From: Jatrophihabitantaceae bacterium | Lineage (GTDB): Bacteria; Actinomycetota; Actinomycetes; Mycobacteriales; Jatrophihabitantaceae | Length of the DNA stretch: 53,642 nucleotides | NCBI GenBank assembly: GCA_036833255.1 | Contig: DAITQD010000001.1 | Coordinates: 1-53,642, forward strand | Direction of reading: 5' to 3' | Shown: positions 42,327 through 52,107 of the stretch, piece after piece | Numbering within the stretch: position 1 is the first letter of the stretch | Layout: every line of letters starts with the position of its first letter | Made by a program: the position numbers and the translations under genes | Notes under the pieces: generated by a model | Database searches by the model: none | The model's input: only the letters and a program-made list of their open reading frames with translations | What the model was told of the DNA's origin: nothing

Positions 42327-44372
42327 TCAGCTACAGGTGACCTGGGCGGCTGCCCAGTCGGCGTGGTCGTAGCTGTTGCCGTCACCGGCGTCGGTGACCA
42401 CCAGCCGGACGAACTTGGCTCCGGACAGGTCCGCCGTGATGTGCTTCGCGCTGTCCGCACCGGTCACTCTGCCGCTGTCCGCGACCTTGGCGCCGTCGGC
42501 CCACACCTGGAAGTCGACAGAGCCGTTCGTGCCCGTCTCGTCGTCGACTCCGACGTCACTGCTGAACGACGCGCACCGAGTGCCGATGTAGACGTCCACC
42601 TCGCTCGGAGCGTGGGCTCCGACACCCTTGGCGTAGGTGACGCCGCCGATGGTGATGGTGTGGCCGTCGCCGGCTGCGGTCTCGCCGTTGCTCATGTCGC
42701 GCTCGACCGGGCCCCAGCCGTTGCTGGAGCTTGTCCACTGCAGGTCGCTCACGTAGGCCGTTCCGCTCGGCGGCGGGTTCGGCACAAGCACCTGACTGCT
42801 CGCGCTGGTGCTGTCGGACTTGGTGCCGTCGTCCCACGTGTAGTTCGCCGTCGCGGTCAGGGCGTAGCTGCCCGGTGTTGTCCCCGCTGGCGGCGTGACG
42901 GTCCAGGTGGTGGTGAGCGTCGAATTCACGTTCACCGCGCCGCTGGTCGCCGAGGTGACTGCGTGCACCGTCCAGCCGGACGGGGCGCTCAGCGTGACGG
43001 CGACGTCGGTGGCCGGCATACGGCCGGTGTTGCTGAACGTCGTCGTAACGGTGTTGGCGGTGCCGGCCTGCATGACCGCCGGTCCGCCCGGGTAGGCAGG
43101 CGGTGTCGACACGGACACGACGGTGGCGGGCGGGTAGGTGTCCCAGTTGCTGGCTGCGTGCACGCGGTACAGGACCGTGCCGTGTGCCGGCACTGCGGCG
43201 GCGATACGCCCGGCGGTCTCCGTCGTCTTCTTCGACCACAGGTCGGTCAAGGCGTAGGCCTGCGCCTTGCCCAGGCCGGCCTGCGCCGCGGTCGTCGACA
43301 TCGTCGCCGCGGTGTCACCCTCGTTGAACAGTGCGACCGAGACGTCGCCGTTTGCTAGCGGCTTCGCGAACACCAGGTGGGTGCCGTCGGAGCTGATCAC
43401 CTTGCCCTGTGCGCCCAGCGGGTCCTGGTCGACGGCGATGACGTCCTTGTTGAGGTAGATCGCCATCGTGGCCACGGTCGCCTTGCGTAGGTCGGTGCCG
43501 ACCAGCAGCGGAGCAGCCATCTCGGCCCACAGCGAGAAGTGTGAGCGGTACTCGGTGTCGGTCATGCCGCCATTGCCGATCTCGAGCATGTCCGGGTCGT
43601 TCCACGCGCCGGGGTGCGCGGCCGGTGCCAGCGGGGCGTTCTGGTTGACGACCGACTTCAGGCTGTTCCAGTTGTCGCTGATGTCGCCGGTCGTGCGCCA
43701 CAGGTTGCCGACGTCGCCGGCCCACGACGCAGGATCGTTCACGCCCCACTCGCAGATGCTGTAGACGATCGGGCGGCCGGTCGCGGCAAGCGCGTCACGC
43801 ATCGCGGTGTAGCGATCGATGTACTGCTGCTTGGTGCTGCTGCCGGCGTTGTTGCAGTTGTCGTACTTCAGGTAGTCGACGCCCCAGTCGGCGAATGTCT
43901 GCGCGTCGATCGCTTCGTGGCCGAGGCTGCCCGGGTAGCCGGCGCAGGTAGCCGTACCGGCGTCCTCGTAGATGCCGAGCTTGAGCCCCTTGGAATGGAC
44001 GTAGTCAGCGGTGCCCTTGATGCCGTCGGGGAACTTCACCGGGTCGGGCACGAGGCGCCCCTCGGCGTCCCGGGTGTGCGTCATCCAGCAGTCGTCGATG
44101 TTGACGTAGTCATAACCGGCGCCCTTCATGCCGGAGCTGACGAAGAAGTCGGCCGTCTGCTCGATCAGCACCTCGCTGACGTTGCAGCCGAAGGCGTTCC
44201 AGTCGTTGAACCCCATCGGCGGCGTCAAGGCGAGGCCGTTGTCCAACCCCGCCGCCGGCGCCTGTGCCACCACCTGCTCGGCCACAACTGCCGTGGCGCT
44301 GAGCCCGACGGCCAGGCCGATGGCGCTGATCGCCGCGGCGAATCGACGGCGGCCGCTCCGGTTCTCTCTCAT
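42327..44372 (-). CDS. Secreted GH27 alpha-galactosidase with a C-terminal NPCBM module
   Basis: ATG at 44372 (MRENRSGRRRF..., GGGAG RBS). ...LALTPPMGFNDWNAFGCNVSE...YVNIDDCW...LKLGIYEDAGTATCAGYPGS...DYLKYDNC is the GH27 (melibiase) signature. Confidence 0.9.
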   Translation of the reverse strand: MRENRSGRRRFAAAISAIGLAVGLSATAVVAEQVVAQAPAAGLDNGLALTPPMGFNDWNAFGCNVSEVLIEQTADFFVSSGMKGAGYDYVNIDDCWMTHTRDAEGRLVPDPVKFPDGIKGTADYVHSKGLKLGIYEDAGTATCAGYPGSLGHEAIDAQTFADWGVDYLKYDNCNNAGSSTKQQYIDRYTAMRDALAATGRPIVYSICEWGVNDPASWAGDVGNLWRTTGDISDNWNSLKSVVNQNAPLAPAAHPGAWNDPDMLEIGNGGMTDTEYRSHFSLWAEMAAPLLVGTDLRKATVATMAIYLNKDVIAVDQDPLGAQGKVISSDGTHLVFAKPLANGDVSVALFNEGDTAATMSTTAAQAGLGKAQAYALTDLWSKKTTETAGRIAAAVPAHGTVLYRVHAASNWDTYPPATVVSVSTPPAYPGGPAVMQAGTANTVTTTFSNTGRMPATDVAVTLSAPSGWTVHAVTSATSGAVNVNSTLTTTWTVTPPAGTTPGSYALTATANYTWDDGTKSDSTSASSQVLVPNPPPSGTAYVSDLQWTSSSNGWGPVERDMSNGETAAGDGHTITIGGVTYAKGVGAHAPSEVDVYIGTRCASFSSDVGVDDETGTNGSVDFQVWADGAKVADSGRVTGADSAKHITADLSGAKFVRLVVTDAGDGNSYDHADWAAAQVTCS

Positions 44373-44599
44373 CGATACTCCCAAACTGTCGCTCACGTTC
44401 ACTCAGGCTCGAACATGACTCGACACATTCGTAGCATAGTCATATGCGTGAAACAAGGGTTTCGTAGGAATTAGGTCGACATATGCGAGAGCGGTTCAGT
44501 TCGCTGTTGGATTCTGTTGGATTCGCGAGCCTGACGAGGCGCGGGCGCGCCGTCGAGCGCCTCGACGATGCTGCCCGGGCTGTGTGACACGCTCGGTCC

Positions 44600-45397
44600 G
44601 TGCGGATTGCGACCTGGAACGTCAACTCCGTCACCGCCCGGCTGCCGCGCTTGGTCGATTGGCTGGGCGCCGCACGGCCGGATGTGCTGTGCCTGCAGGA
44701 GATCAAGTGCGCAGCTGACGATTTCCCGATCGATGCCGTCGCCGGGCTCGGCTACGAAGTCGCCGCGCATGGGACTGGGCGGTGGGCCGGAGTCGCAATC
44801 CTGTCGCGGGTCGGGCTCACCGAGGTACAGCGCGGGCTGCCCGACGAACCGGGCTTCCAGCCCGAGGATGCGATGTTCGAGGTGCACGAGACGCGCGCCA
44901 TCGCGGCCACGTGCGCGGGAGTGCGGCTCTGGTCGGTATATGTGCCGAACGGTCGCGAGATCGGCCACCCGCACTACGACTACAAGCTGCGCTGGCTGGA
45001 GGCGCTGCGCTCGACGGTCGTCGCGGAGCTTGCCACGCCGCGGCCGTTCGCGGTGCTCGGTGACTTCAACATCGCGCCGACGGACGCGGACGTTTGGGAC
45101 ATCACCCAGTTCGCCACGAGCACGCACGTGACCGAGCCGGAGCGACGGGCACTCGCTGCGTTGCAGGAGGCCGGCCTCAGCGACGTGCCACCGCGCGCGC
45201 TCAAGTACGACCTGCCGTTCACCTACTGGGACTACCGCCAGCTGTGCTTCCCGAAGAATCGCGGGATGCGTATCGATCTGGTGCTGGCCGACAAGCGCTT
45301 CGCCGCGGCCGTCGTGGACAGCTATGTCGATCGTGAGGCGCGCAAGGGGACGGGTGCGTCGGATCATGCGCCGGTCGTGGTGGACGTTCAGTTGTAG
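44600..45397 (+). CDS. xthA: Exodeoxyribonuclease III
   Basis: MRIATWNVNSVTARLPRLVDWLGAARPDVLCLQEIK...GDFNIAPTDADVWD...SDHAPVVVDV is the EEP nuclease/ExoIII pattern. Confidence 0.9.
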   Translation: MRIATWNVNSVTARLPRLVDWLGAARPDVLCLQEIKCAADDFPIDAVAGLGYEVAAHGTGRWAGVAILSRVGLTEVQRGLPDEPGFQPEDAMFEVHETRAIAATCAGVRLWSVYVPNGREIGHPHYDYKLRWLEALRSTVVAELATPRPFAVLGDFNIAPTDADVWDITQFATSTHVTEPERRALAALQEAGLSDVPPRALKYDLPFTYWDYRQLCFPKNRGMRIDLVLADKRFAAAVVDSYVDREARKGTGASDHAPVVVDVQL

Positions 45398-45500
45398 GTC
45401 TTCAAGTGAACCGCCCCGGGTTCCGTGGAGAGTCCAGAGTCGAATCGCCAGGACGTAGCTGCGTTGGCCAGTTGCGCCGGATGCAGCGCTCCTCGTTCGG

Positions 45501-46466
45501 CTAAGCCGAAATCGCGTGGAACTCCCACGCGTCGGTGATCATCTGCTTCAGGCCACGCTGTGGGCGCCAACCGAGCAGGACACCGGCCAGCTCATTGGCC
45601 GCGACGAGGGTCGCCGGGTCTCCGGGTCGGCGCGGTTCGGTACGCACGACGAGTTCGTACCCGGTGACCTCTCGCACCGTGGCGATCACCTCGCGCACCG
45701 AATAGCCGCAGCCGCTGCCGAGGTTGACGATGCGGTGGGTGCCCGGCTCGCAGACGGACAGCGCACGCAGGTGCGCGTCGCTCAGATCCAGCACGTGGAT
45801 GTAGTCGCGCACGCAGGTGCCATCCGGCGTCGGGTAGTCGCTGCCGTACAGCGCAAGCGACGTCTGATCGGTGACCGCACGTATCGCCAGTGGGATCAGG
45901 TGCGTCTCGACCAGGTGCCGCTCGCCGTAGCGGTGCCCGTCCTGCGCGTGCAGGGCACCGGCGACGTTGAAGTACCGCAGGCTCACCGCGGCGAGGCCGT
46001 ATGCCTGCGCGTAGTTGCTCAAGGCGAGATCGACGGCCAGCTTGGTTGCCCCGTAGGCGCTGGTCGGCCGGGTTGGCGCGGACTCGGGAATCGGTGTCTC
46101 GCTGGCGTCTCCGTACGTCGCAGCCGATGACGAATAGACGATCCGGCGGACACCGTTCGCACGCATCGCGTCGATCAGGGCGATTGTGCCCACGACGTTG
46201 TCGTGCCAGTAGCGTGCCGGGTCGTGCACCGATTCGGCCACCAATGACTTCGCGGCGAAGTGGATGACCGCATCGACGGCCCAGTCGCCGAGTACCTCAC
46301 CGATCGTGCGGATGTCGGCTTCGTGGAAGTCGACACCTGGCGGCAGCGCGTCTGCGTGGCCGGTCGACAGATCGTCCACCACGACCACGTGGTGGCCGGC
46401 CGCCAGTAGTTCCGCAGCGACGATACTGCCGATGTATCCGGCGCCGCCGGTCACCAGCACGCGCAT
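45501..46466 (-). CDS. galE: UDP-glucose 4-epimerase
   Basis: MRVLVTGGAGYIGS... is a Rossmann motif, with the YGATK catalytic motif and ...RDYIHVLDLSDAH. Confidence 0.9.
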   Translation of the reverse strand: MRVLVTGGAGYIGSIVAAELLAAGHHVVVVDDLSTGHADALPPGVDFHEADIRTIGEVLGDWAVDAVIHFAAKSLVAESVHDPARYWHDNVVGTIALIDAMRANGVRRIVYSSSAATYGDASETPIPESAPTRPTSAYGATKLAVDLALSNYAQAYGLAAVSLRYFNVAGALHAQDGHRYGERHLVETHLIPLAIRAVTDQTSLALYGSDYPTPDGTCVRDYIHVLDLSDAHLRALSVCEPGTHRIVNLGSGCGYSVREVIATVREVTGYELVVRTEPRRPGDPATLVAANELAGVLLGWRPQRGLKQMITDAWEFHAISA

Positions 46467-46534
46467 GAGATGCCTCCCTAGCGGCCTTTACCCGGACGGC
46501 GCCACGCCATCGTGGCCCCGCACTCGATCCCCGA

Positions 46535-47647
46535 TCAGCCAACCCGGTGGGCTCCGCGGCTCGGACGGGCGGTGAATGCGCTCGGTGCGACGAAGCCGTG
46601 CTGCCTGAACGTTATAGTCACCGCCTTGACAGCGGCGTCGCACCGTTCTTCGGCGATGAGCGCGATGATGCTCCCGCCGAACCCGCCGCCGGTCATCCGC
46701 GCGCCGAGCGCGCCGTGGGCGAGCAGCGTTGCGACCGCGGCGTCGAGTTCGGTGATGCTCACCCGGTAGTCGTCGCGCAGCGATTCGTGCGAGGCGGTCA
46801 GTAGCGGCCCGGTCTCGGCAAGCGCTGCGTCGCGAAGCAGGTCGACCGTGCGCAGCACCCGTTCGTTCTCGGTGACGACGTGTCGGGTGTAGCGCCGCAG
46901 GTCGTCGCTCGGGAGGCGATCCAGGGCAGGGTCGAGGTCGGCGACGGTCAGTTCGCGTAGCGAGGTCAGCCCGAGCAGGTGCGCGGCGCGTTCGCAGCCG
47001 GCTCGTCGCAGCTGATACTCGCCGTCTGCATGGCGGTGTGCTGCGTGGGTGTCGACGACCAGAATCGTGAGGCCGCTTGCCGCCAACGGCAGCGGCACCT
47101 GCTCGGTCTCCAGCGTGCGCATGTCGCAGAACAGCACGTTGCCCGCAGTGCAGTTGAGTGCGGCGAGCTGGTCCATGCCGCCGGTCGGCGCGCCGACGAA
47201 GTCGTTCTCGGCGCTGCGGGTGACGCTCAGCAGTTCGCCCGCGGACAGCCGCAGCCCGAGCAGATCGTCCACCGCCGTCGCGACGGCGCAGGTGAGCGCA
47301 GCGGACGACGATAGCCCCGCGCCGGGCGGGACGGTGCTGTCCAGCGCGATGCGCAGGCCCGGGACGTCCGCCCCGAGTCTGAGCAGCGCCCACACGACAC
47401 CGGCGGCGTAGCCGGCCCAGCCGTCGGCTGCGCCGGGTTCGAGGCCATCGAGCGCAAAGTGCGGCGTCTCGGCGCGCTGAGTCGAGCTGATCGCCAGCGT
47501 GCACTCGTCGATCCGTTCCACGGTCGCCGTGCAGGCCTGCTCGATCGCGAACGGCAGCACGAAACCGGCGTTGTAGTCGGTGTGCTCGCCGATCAGGTTG
47601 ACCCGGCCCGGAGCCTGCCACGTCACGCCGTTGCGCCCGTGCCCCAC
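46535..47647 (-). CDS. galK: Galactokinase
   Basis: APGRVNLIGEHTDYNAGFVLPFAI is the galactokinase signature. PPGAGLSSSAAL is the GHMP kinase motif. GTG start with a GGAGGG RBS. Confidence 0.9.
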   Translation of the reverse strand: MGHGRNGVTWQAPGRVNLIGEHTDYNAGFVLPFAIEQACTATVERIDECTLAISSTQRAETPHFALDGLEPGAADGWAGYAAGVVWALLRLGADVPGLRIALDSTVPPGAGLSSSAALTCAVATAVDDLLGLRLSAGELLSVTRSAENDFVGAPTGGMDQLAALNCTAGNVLFCDMRTLETEQVPLPLAASGLTILVVDTHAAHRHADGEYQLRRAGCERAAHLLGLTSLRELTVADLDPALDRLPSDDLRRYTRHVVTENERVLRTVDLLRDAALAETGPLLTASHESLRDDYRVSITELDAAVATLLAHGALGARMTGGGFGGSIIALIAEERCDAAVKAVTITFRQHGFVAPSAFTARPSRGAHRVG

Positions 47648-47746
47648 GTCAGACCCTCCACATGTGCCGGGTGCTGGTCATTTCTGTTATATCATGTTTG
47701 ACTCTGTGGGCACCGGATCGGATTCTAACATCGGGAGGACACACCT

Positions 47747-48529
47747 GTGCTCGCTCAGCAACGTCAGGTCCGGATCCTCGGTGAGCTCCGGCGCGCCGGA
47801 GCCGTCCGCGTCGCTGACCTGACCGAACTGCTCGGCGTGTCGGACATGACCATCCGCCGCGATCTCGAGCAACTCACCGCCGACGGCGTTGCCCGAAAGG
47901 TACACGGCGGGGCGGTGCTGGCGGGACAGGCTGCGTTCGAGCCGGGCTTCGCCGCGAAGAGCCAGCTGGCCCAGCCCGCGAAGCAGGCGATCGCTGAACG
48001 TGCCGCGAGCCTCATCCGTCCGGTTGCGGCGATTGCGCTGTCCGCGGGGACGACCACCTGGGCCATGGCGCGGCACGTGGCGGCCACCCCCGGCATCACG
48101 GTCGTCACGAACTCCACGACGGTCGCCGACGCCATCGCCGCGATCGACACCGCCAACCAGGTCAGCGTCATCCTCACCGGCGGGGTGCGCACGCCGAGCG
48201 CGGCGCTGGTGGGTCCGGTCGCCGACCGCACCATCGCCACGATGCACGTCGACCAGTTGTTCCTGGGGGTGCACGGCATGGATGCCCGTGCCGGGTTCAC
48301 GACCCCCAACCTCGCCGAGGCGACGACCAACCGGGCGTTCGTCGACTCCGCTCGCGAGGTGATCGTGCTCGCCGACTCCTCGAAGTGGGGTGTGGTCGGC
48401 CTCGCCGACATCGGCCCGCTCACGATCGCCAAGACCGTCATCACCGACAGCCTGCTGCCGGCCGAGGCTCATCGCACGCTGGCCGAGTGCGTCGATACGG
48501 TCATCATCGTCGAGGCGCCCAAGCCATGA
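47747..48529 (+). CDS. DeoR-family transcriptional regulator
   Basis: ...RQVRILGELRRAGAVRVADLTELLGVSDMTIRRDLEQL is a DeoR HTH, followed by a DeoR C-terminal sensor domain. It is divergent from galK and coupled to galT. Confidence 0.9.
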   Translation: MLAQQRQVRILGELRRAGAVRVADLTELLGVSDMTIRRDLEQLTADGVARKVHGGAVLAGQAAFEPGFAAKSQLAQPAKQAIAERAASLIRPVAAIALSAGTTTWAMARHVAATPGITVVTNSTTVADAIAAIDTANQVSVILTGGVRTPSAALVGPVADRTIATMHVDQLFLGVHGMDARAGFTTPNLAEATTNRAFVDSAREVIVLADSSKWGVVGLADIGPLTIAKTVITDSLLPAEAHRTLAECVDTVIIVEAPKP

Positions 48530-49614
48530 CCGTCCGGCAGGGCATCCGGCTGGCCGATGGCCGCGAGCTGTTCTACTACGACCGCACCGCAGGGCGCGAC
48601 CGGTCCGCGCCCGACCGCCGCGACGGCCTGCCGGTGGACATCACTTCATCAGAAGTGCGCTGGAACCCGCTGTTTCGCGACTACACCGTGATCGCCGGCC
48701 ACCGCCAGACCCGCACCTACAAGCCGCCGCCGGATCTGTGCCCGCTGTGTCCGTCGCGCGACACCACCAGTACCGAGATCCCTGCCGACGACTACGAGGT
48801 GGCGGTGTTCGAGAACCGTTTCCCGTCGTTCGCGCTGCAGTCGATCGATTCGGTGCGGCTCGTCGACGCCCCGCCGTTCCAGTCCGGACCGGGCGCCGGG
48901 CGCTGTGAGGTCGTGTGCTTCACCAGCGACCACAACCAGTCCTTCGCCCAGCTCTCGCCGGAGCATGCCCGCACGGTCATCGACGCGTGGGCCGACCGGT
49001 CGAGCGCGCTGTCGAGCATCGAGTCGATCGACTACGTCTTCTGCTTCGAGAACCGCGGCGAAGAGATCGGGGTGACCCTGAGCCACCCGCACGGCCAGAT
49101 CTACGGCTACCCCTTCGTGCCGCCGCGGTTCTTCCGCGCGGGTGAGTCCGCCCGTCGCCACCGCGATCGTGTCGGCACCTGCCTGCAGTGCGACCTGCTC
49201 GAGAGCGAACTGAAGGCCGACCTGCGCATCGTGAGCGAGACCGCGCACTGGGTGAGCTACGTGCCCTTCGCGGCGCGCTGGCCCTACGAGGTGCGGGTCG
49301 TGCCGCGCGAGCACGTCCCCGACCTCGCCGCACTCTCCGACGGCCAGCGCGACGACCTGGCCGGCATGTATCTCGATGTGTTGCGCCGCTTCGACGGACT
49401 GTTCGACACGCCCGTGCCCTACATCGCCGGCTGGCAGCAGGCGCCGGTACGGCGCGATCGCGACGTCTGGCACCTCGCCGCCGAGATCTTCACCATCCGG
49501 CGGGCACCCGGCAAGCTGAAGTACCTCGCCGGTTCCGAGTCGGGTGCGGCCATGTGGATCAACGACATCGCCCCGGAAACCGCCGCCGAGCGGTTGCGTG
49601 CGGCCGGCGCCTAG
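48526..49614 (+). CDS. galT: Galactose-1-phosphate uridylyltransferase
   Basis: An internal ATG at 48526 overlaps the deoR-like stop. It has the CPLCP zinc motif, FENRG and the SHPHGQIY active-site HPH. Confidence 0.9.
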   Translation: MTVRQGIRLADGRELFYYDRTAGRDRSAPDRRDGLPVDITSSEVRWNPLFRDYTVIAGHRQTRTYKPPPDLCPLCPSRDTTSTEIPADDYEVAVFENRFPSFALQSIDSVRLVDAPPFQSGPGAGRCEVVCFTSDHNQSFAQLSPEHARTVIDAWADRSSALSSIESIDYVFCFENRGEEIGVTLSHPHGQIYGYPFVPPRFFRAGESARRHRDRVGTCLQCDLLESELKADLRIVSETAHWVSYVPFAARWPYEVRVVPREHVPDLAALSDGQRDDLAGMYLDVLRRFDGLFDTPVPYIAGWQQAPVRRDRDVWHLAAEIFTIRRAPGKLKYLAGSESGAAMWINDIAPETAAERLRAAGA

Positions 49615-49778
49615 CGAATGCGCCGATTCATGGTGATCGCCGCCGAGTTGATATCCGTCGAGGGGTTGACACCTGAGCGTTTCACGGCTTTGCTTGACTA
49701 GTTGTGATGGATCACGTTGGAAACTGTTTAGGTTAACTACACATCGTCGGCCGCAAGATCGCCAACAAGGAGACGACC

Positions 49779-51104
49779 ATGCACAGCCCGTCCGCAACAT
49801 CGCACCCGTCCGCAGGCGTCAGCCGACGCTCCGTACTGAAGGTCGGCGCCGGCGTCGCCTCGCTCGGATTGGTGCCGGGCGCCTTGATCTCCGCGTGCTC
49901 CAGCAGCAAGTCCGGCGGCGGCGGGGGTTCGGCTTCCGGCAGCACGAGCATCGGGTCGAACTACTCCGACGCCAACGTCAAGACGGCCTTCGCCGCGGCG
50001 ATCGCCGCGTACCCGAACGCTAGCAAGGTCAGCGTCAACACGGTCGATCACAACAGCTTCCAGAACAACATCCAGAACTACCTCCAGGGCACGCCGAACG
50101 ACGTTTTCTGCTGGTTCGCCGGCTACCGCGCCAGGTTCTTCGCTGCGCAGAACCTGCTGAGCCCGATCGACGACGTCTGGGACACGATCGGGTCGAAGTT
50201 CTCGGACTCGATCAAGCAGGCGTCCAAGGGCGACGACGGGAAGCTCTACCTGGTGCCGTGGGTCAACTACCCGTGGGTGATGTTCTACAAGAAGAGCGTC
50301 TTCGCCAAGAACGGCTACACCGTTCCGGGCACCTGGGACGAGCTGATCGCGCTGTGCAAGCAGATGCAGAAGGACGGCTTCAGCACTCCGGTCGCCATCG
50401 GTCAGAAGGACGGCTGGCCGGCGATGGGCTCGTTCGACATCATTAACATGCGGCTCAACGGCTATCAGTTCCATATTGACCTGATGGCCCACAAGCATTC
50501 GTGGACCGACGCGAAGGTCAAGGCCGCCTTCCAGCAATGGGCTCTGCTCACGCCCTATTACACGCCCGGCGCCACCGGCCGCACGTGGCAGGAGGCCGTC
50601 CAGATCTTCGACGCCAACAAGCAGTCGGCGATGATCTTCCAGGGCACCGACCAGGTCGGCCCCCAGCTAGCGAAGGCGAACCTCCCCGACCTGGACTTCT
50701 TCCCGTTCCCGCAGATCGATCCGACCTACCCGGTTACCGACGCGATCGACGCGCCGATCGACGGCTTCCTGATGAGCAAGAAGGCCAAGGACCAGGCCGC
50801 TGCGAAGGCGTTCCTGAAGTACCTGGGCACCGCCAAGGCCGAGCAGGCATTCCTCAAGCCCAATCCCAGCGATATCGGCACGGCCACCGACTACGACACC
50901 GGCACCTACACGGCGCTGCAGAAGAAGTCGGTGCAGATCATCCAGGGCAGCAAGAACATCGCGCAGTTCCTCGACCGCGACACCCGACCGGACTTCGCCT
51001 ACCCGATCGTGCAGAACGCGATGAACTCCTTCCTCAACAACCCGAAGAACATCGACAGCGTCTGCAGCCAGCTGGAGTCCCAGGCGAAGGCGATCTTCGT
51101 CTAG
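49779..51104 (+). CDS. Sugar ABC transporter substrate-binding lipoprotein
   Basis: A Tat/lipoprotein-type signal (SRRSVLKVGAGVASLGLVPGALISACSS) is followed by a family-1 solute-binding protein pattern. Confidence 0.9.
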   Translation: MHSPSATSHPSAGVSRRSVLKVGAGVASLGLVPGALISACSSSKSGGGGGSASGSTSIGSNYSDANVKTAFAAAIAAYPNASKVSVNTVDHNSFQNNIQNYLQGTPNDVFCWFAGYRARFFAAQNLLSPIDDVWDTIGSKFSDSIKQASKGDDGKLYLVPWVNYPWVMFYKKSVFAKNGYTVPGTWDELIALCKQMQKDGFSTPVAIGQKDGWPAMGSFDIINMRLNGYQFHIDLMAHKHSWTDAKVKAAFQQWALLTPYYTPGATGRTWQEAVQIFDANKQSAMIFQGTDQVGPQLAKANLPDLDFFPFPQIDPTYPVTDAIDAPIDGFLMSKKAKDQAAAKAFLKYLGTAKAEQAFLKPNPSDIGTATDYDTGTYTALQKKSVQIIQGSKNIAQFLDRDTRPDFAYPIVQNAMNSFLNNPKNIDSVCSQLESQAKAIFV

Positions 51105-51150
51105 GCCTGCTGACCGACGAACGGCAGGATCCATATACCGCAAGGGAGCA

Positions 51151-52107
51151 ATGAGCGCGAGGATCATGACCGTGCAGACAGCGACGAAGGTGGCGCCGAC
51201 CCGCAGGGGTCGGCGCCACCGTAGGGTGCACCGGCTGACCGGACGCGATCGGGTCGTCGTCGGCTTGATGATCGGCATCCCGCTGCTGCTCGACCTCGCC
51301 TTCATCTGGGGTCCGGCCATCTCGACGGTGTTCCTGTCGTTCACCGATGCGCACAGCGTGGCACCGGTGAAGTGGACCGGCGGCGCGAACTACACGTTCA
51401 TGCGCAAGATCGATCCACAGTTCTGGCCGGCCGTGCGGCACAACGTGATCTGGCTGGTCGAGTTCATCGTCATCGCCACACCGCTCGGCATGCTGCTGGC
51501 GGTGCTGCTCGACCGCGGCATCAAGGGCAGCCGCCTCTACCAGAGCATCTTCTTCCTGCCCGTCATGCTCTCGCTCGCACTGATCGGCATCATCTGGCAG
51601 ATCGTCTACTCCCAGCAGTACGGCCTGATCAACGGCCTGCTGCACCGCACCAGTACGACCGACGCGGTCAACTGGCTGGGCGATCCGAAACTGAACCTGT
51701 GGGCCGTGCTCGTCGAGGCGACGTGGCGGCAGGCCGGTTACGTGATGGTGCTCTACCTCGCCGGTCTCAGGGCCTTCGACCCGGTTCTGCGCGAGGCTGC
51801 GATCATCGACGGCGCCAACGCCTGGCAGACCTTCTGGCGGGTGGTGTTCCCCACGCTGCGCCCGATCAACATCGTCATCGTGGTCGTCACCGTCATCGAA
51901 TCGCTGCGCGCGTTCGACCTGGTGTTCATCACCAACGGCGGCAGCAACGGGCTGGAACTACTGTCCTCGATGATCACCACCTACATCACCGGGCCGGCCA
52001 ACCGCATCGGCTACGGCTCGGCGCTCGGCGTGGTGCTGCTCGTCATCTCAATGGTGCCGATCACGTTCTTCCTCGTCCAGCAGTTCCGCAAGGAGAACCG
52101 GCCATGA
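51151..52107 (+). CDS. Carbohydrate ABC transporter permease (MalF/UgpA-like)
   Basis: Six predicted TM helices and an EAA-like loop (…REAAIIDGANAWQTFWRVVFPTLRP…). Confidence 0.9.
   Translation: MSARIMTVQTATKVAPTRRGRRHRRVHRLTGRDRVVVGLMIGIPLLLDLAFIWGPAISTVFLSFTDAHSVAPVKWTGGANYTFMRKIDPQFWPAVRHNVIWLVEFIVIATPLGMLLAVLLDRGIKGSRLYQSIFFLPVMLSLALIGIIWQIVYSQQYGLINGLLHRTSTTDAVNWLGDPKLNLWAVLVEATWRQAGYVMVLYLAGLRAFDPVLREAAIIDGANAWQTFWRVVFPTLRPINIVIVVVTVIESLRAFDLVFITNGGSNGLELLSSMITTYITGPANRIGYGSALGVVLLVISMVPITFFLVQQFRKENRP

Noticed and set aside
38207-42460. The 1417-aa version of the second GH35 gene, starting at 42460.
   Set aside because: The extra 51 N-terminal codons overlap the 3' end of the upstream GH27 gene and look non-protein-like. 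GTG 42307 has a GAAGGGG RBS and gives a signal peptide parallel to that of the paralogue.
34375-43358. Long plus-strand ORFs opposite the glycosidase genes (34375..35988, 38009..39625, 39647..42004, 42171..43358).
   Set aside because: Same reasoning: Arg/Gly/Val-rich composition and no motifs, mirrored on well-supported GH35/GH27 genes on the minus strand.
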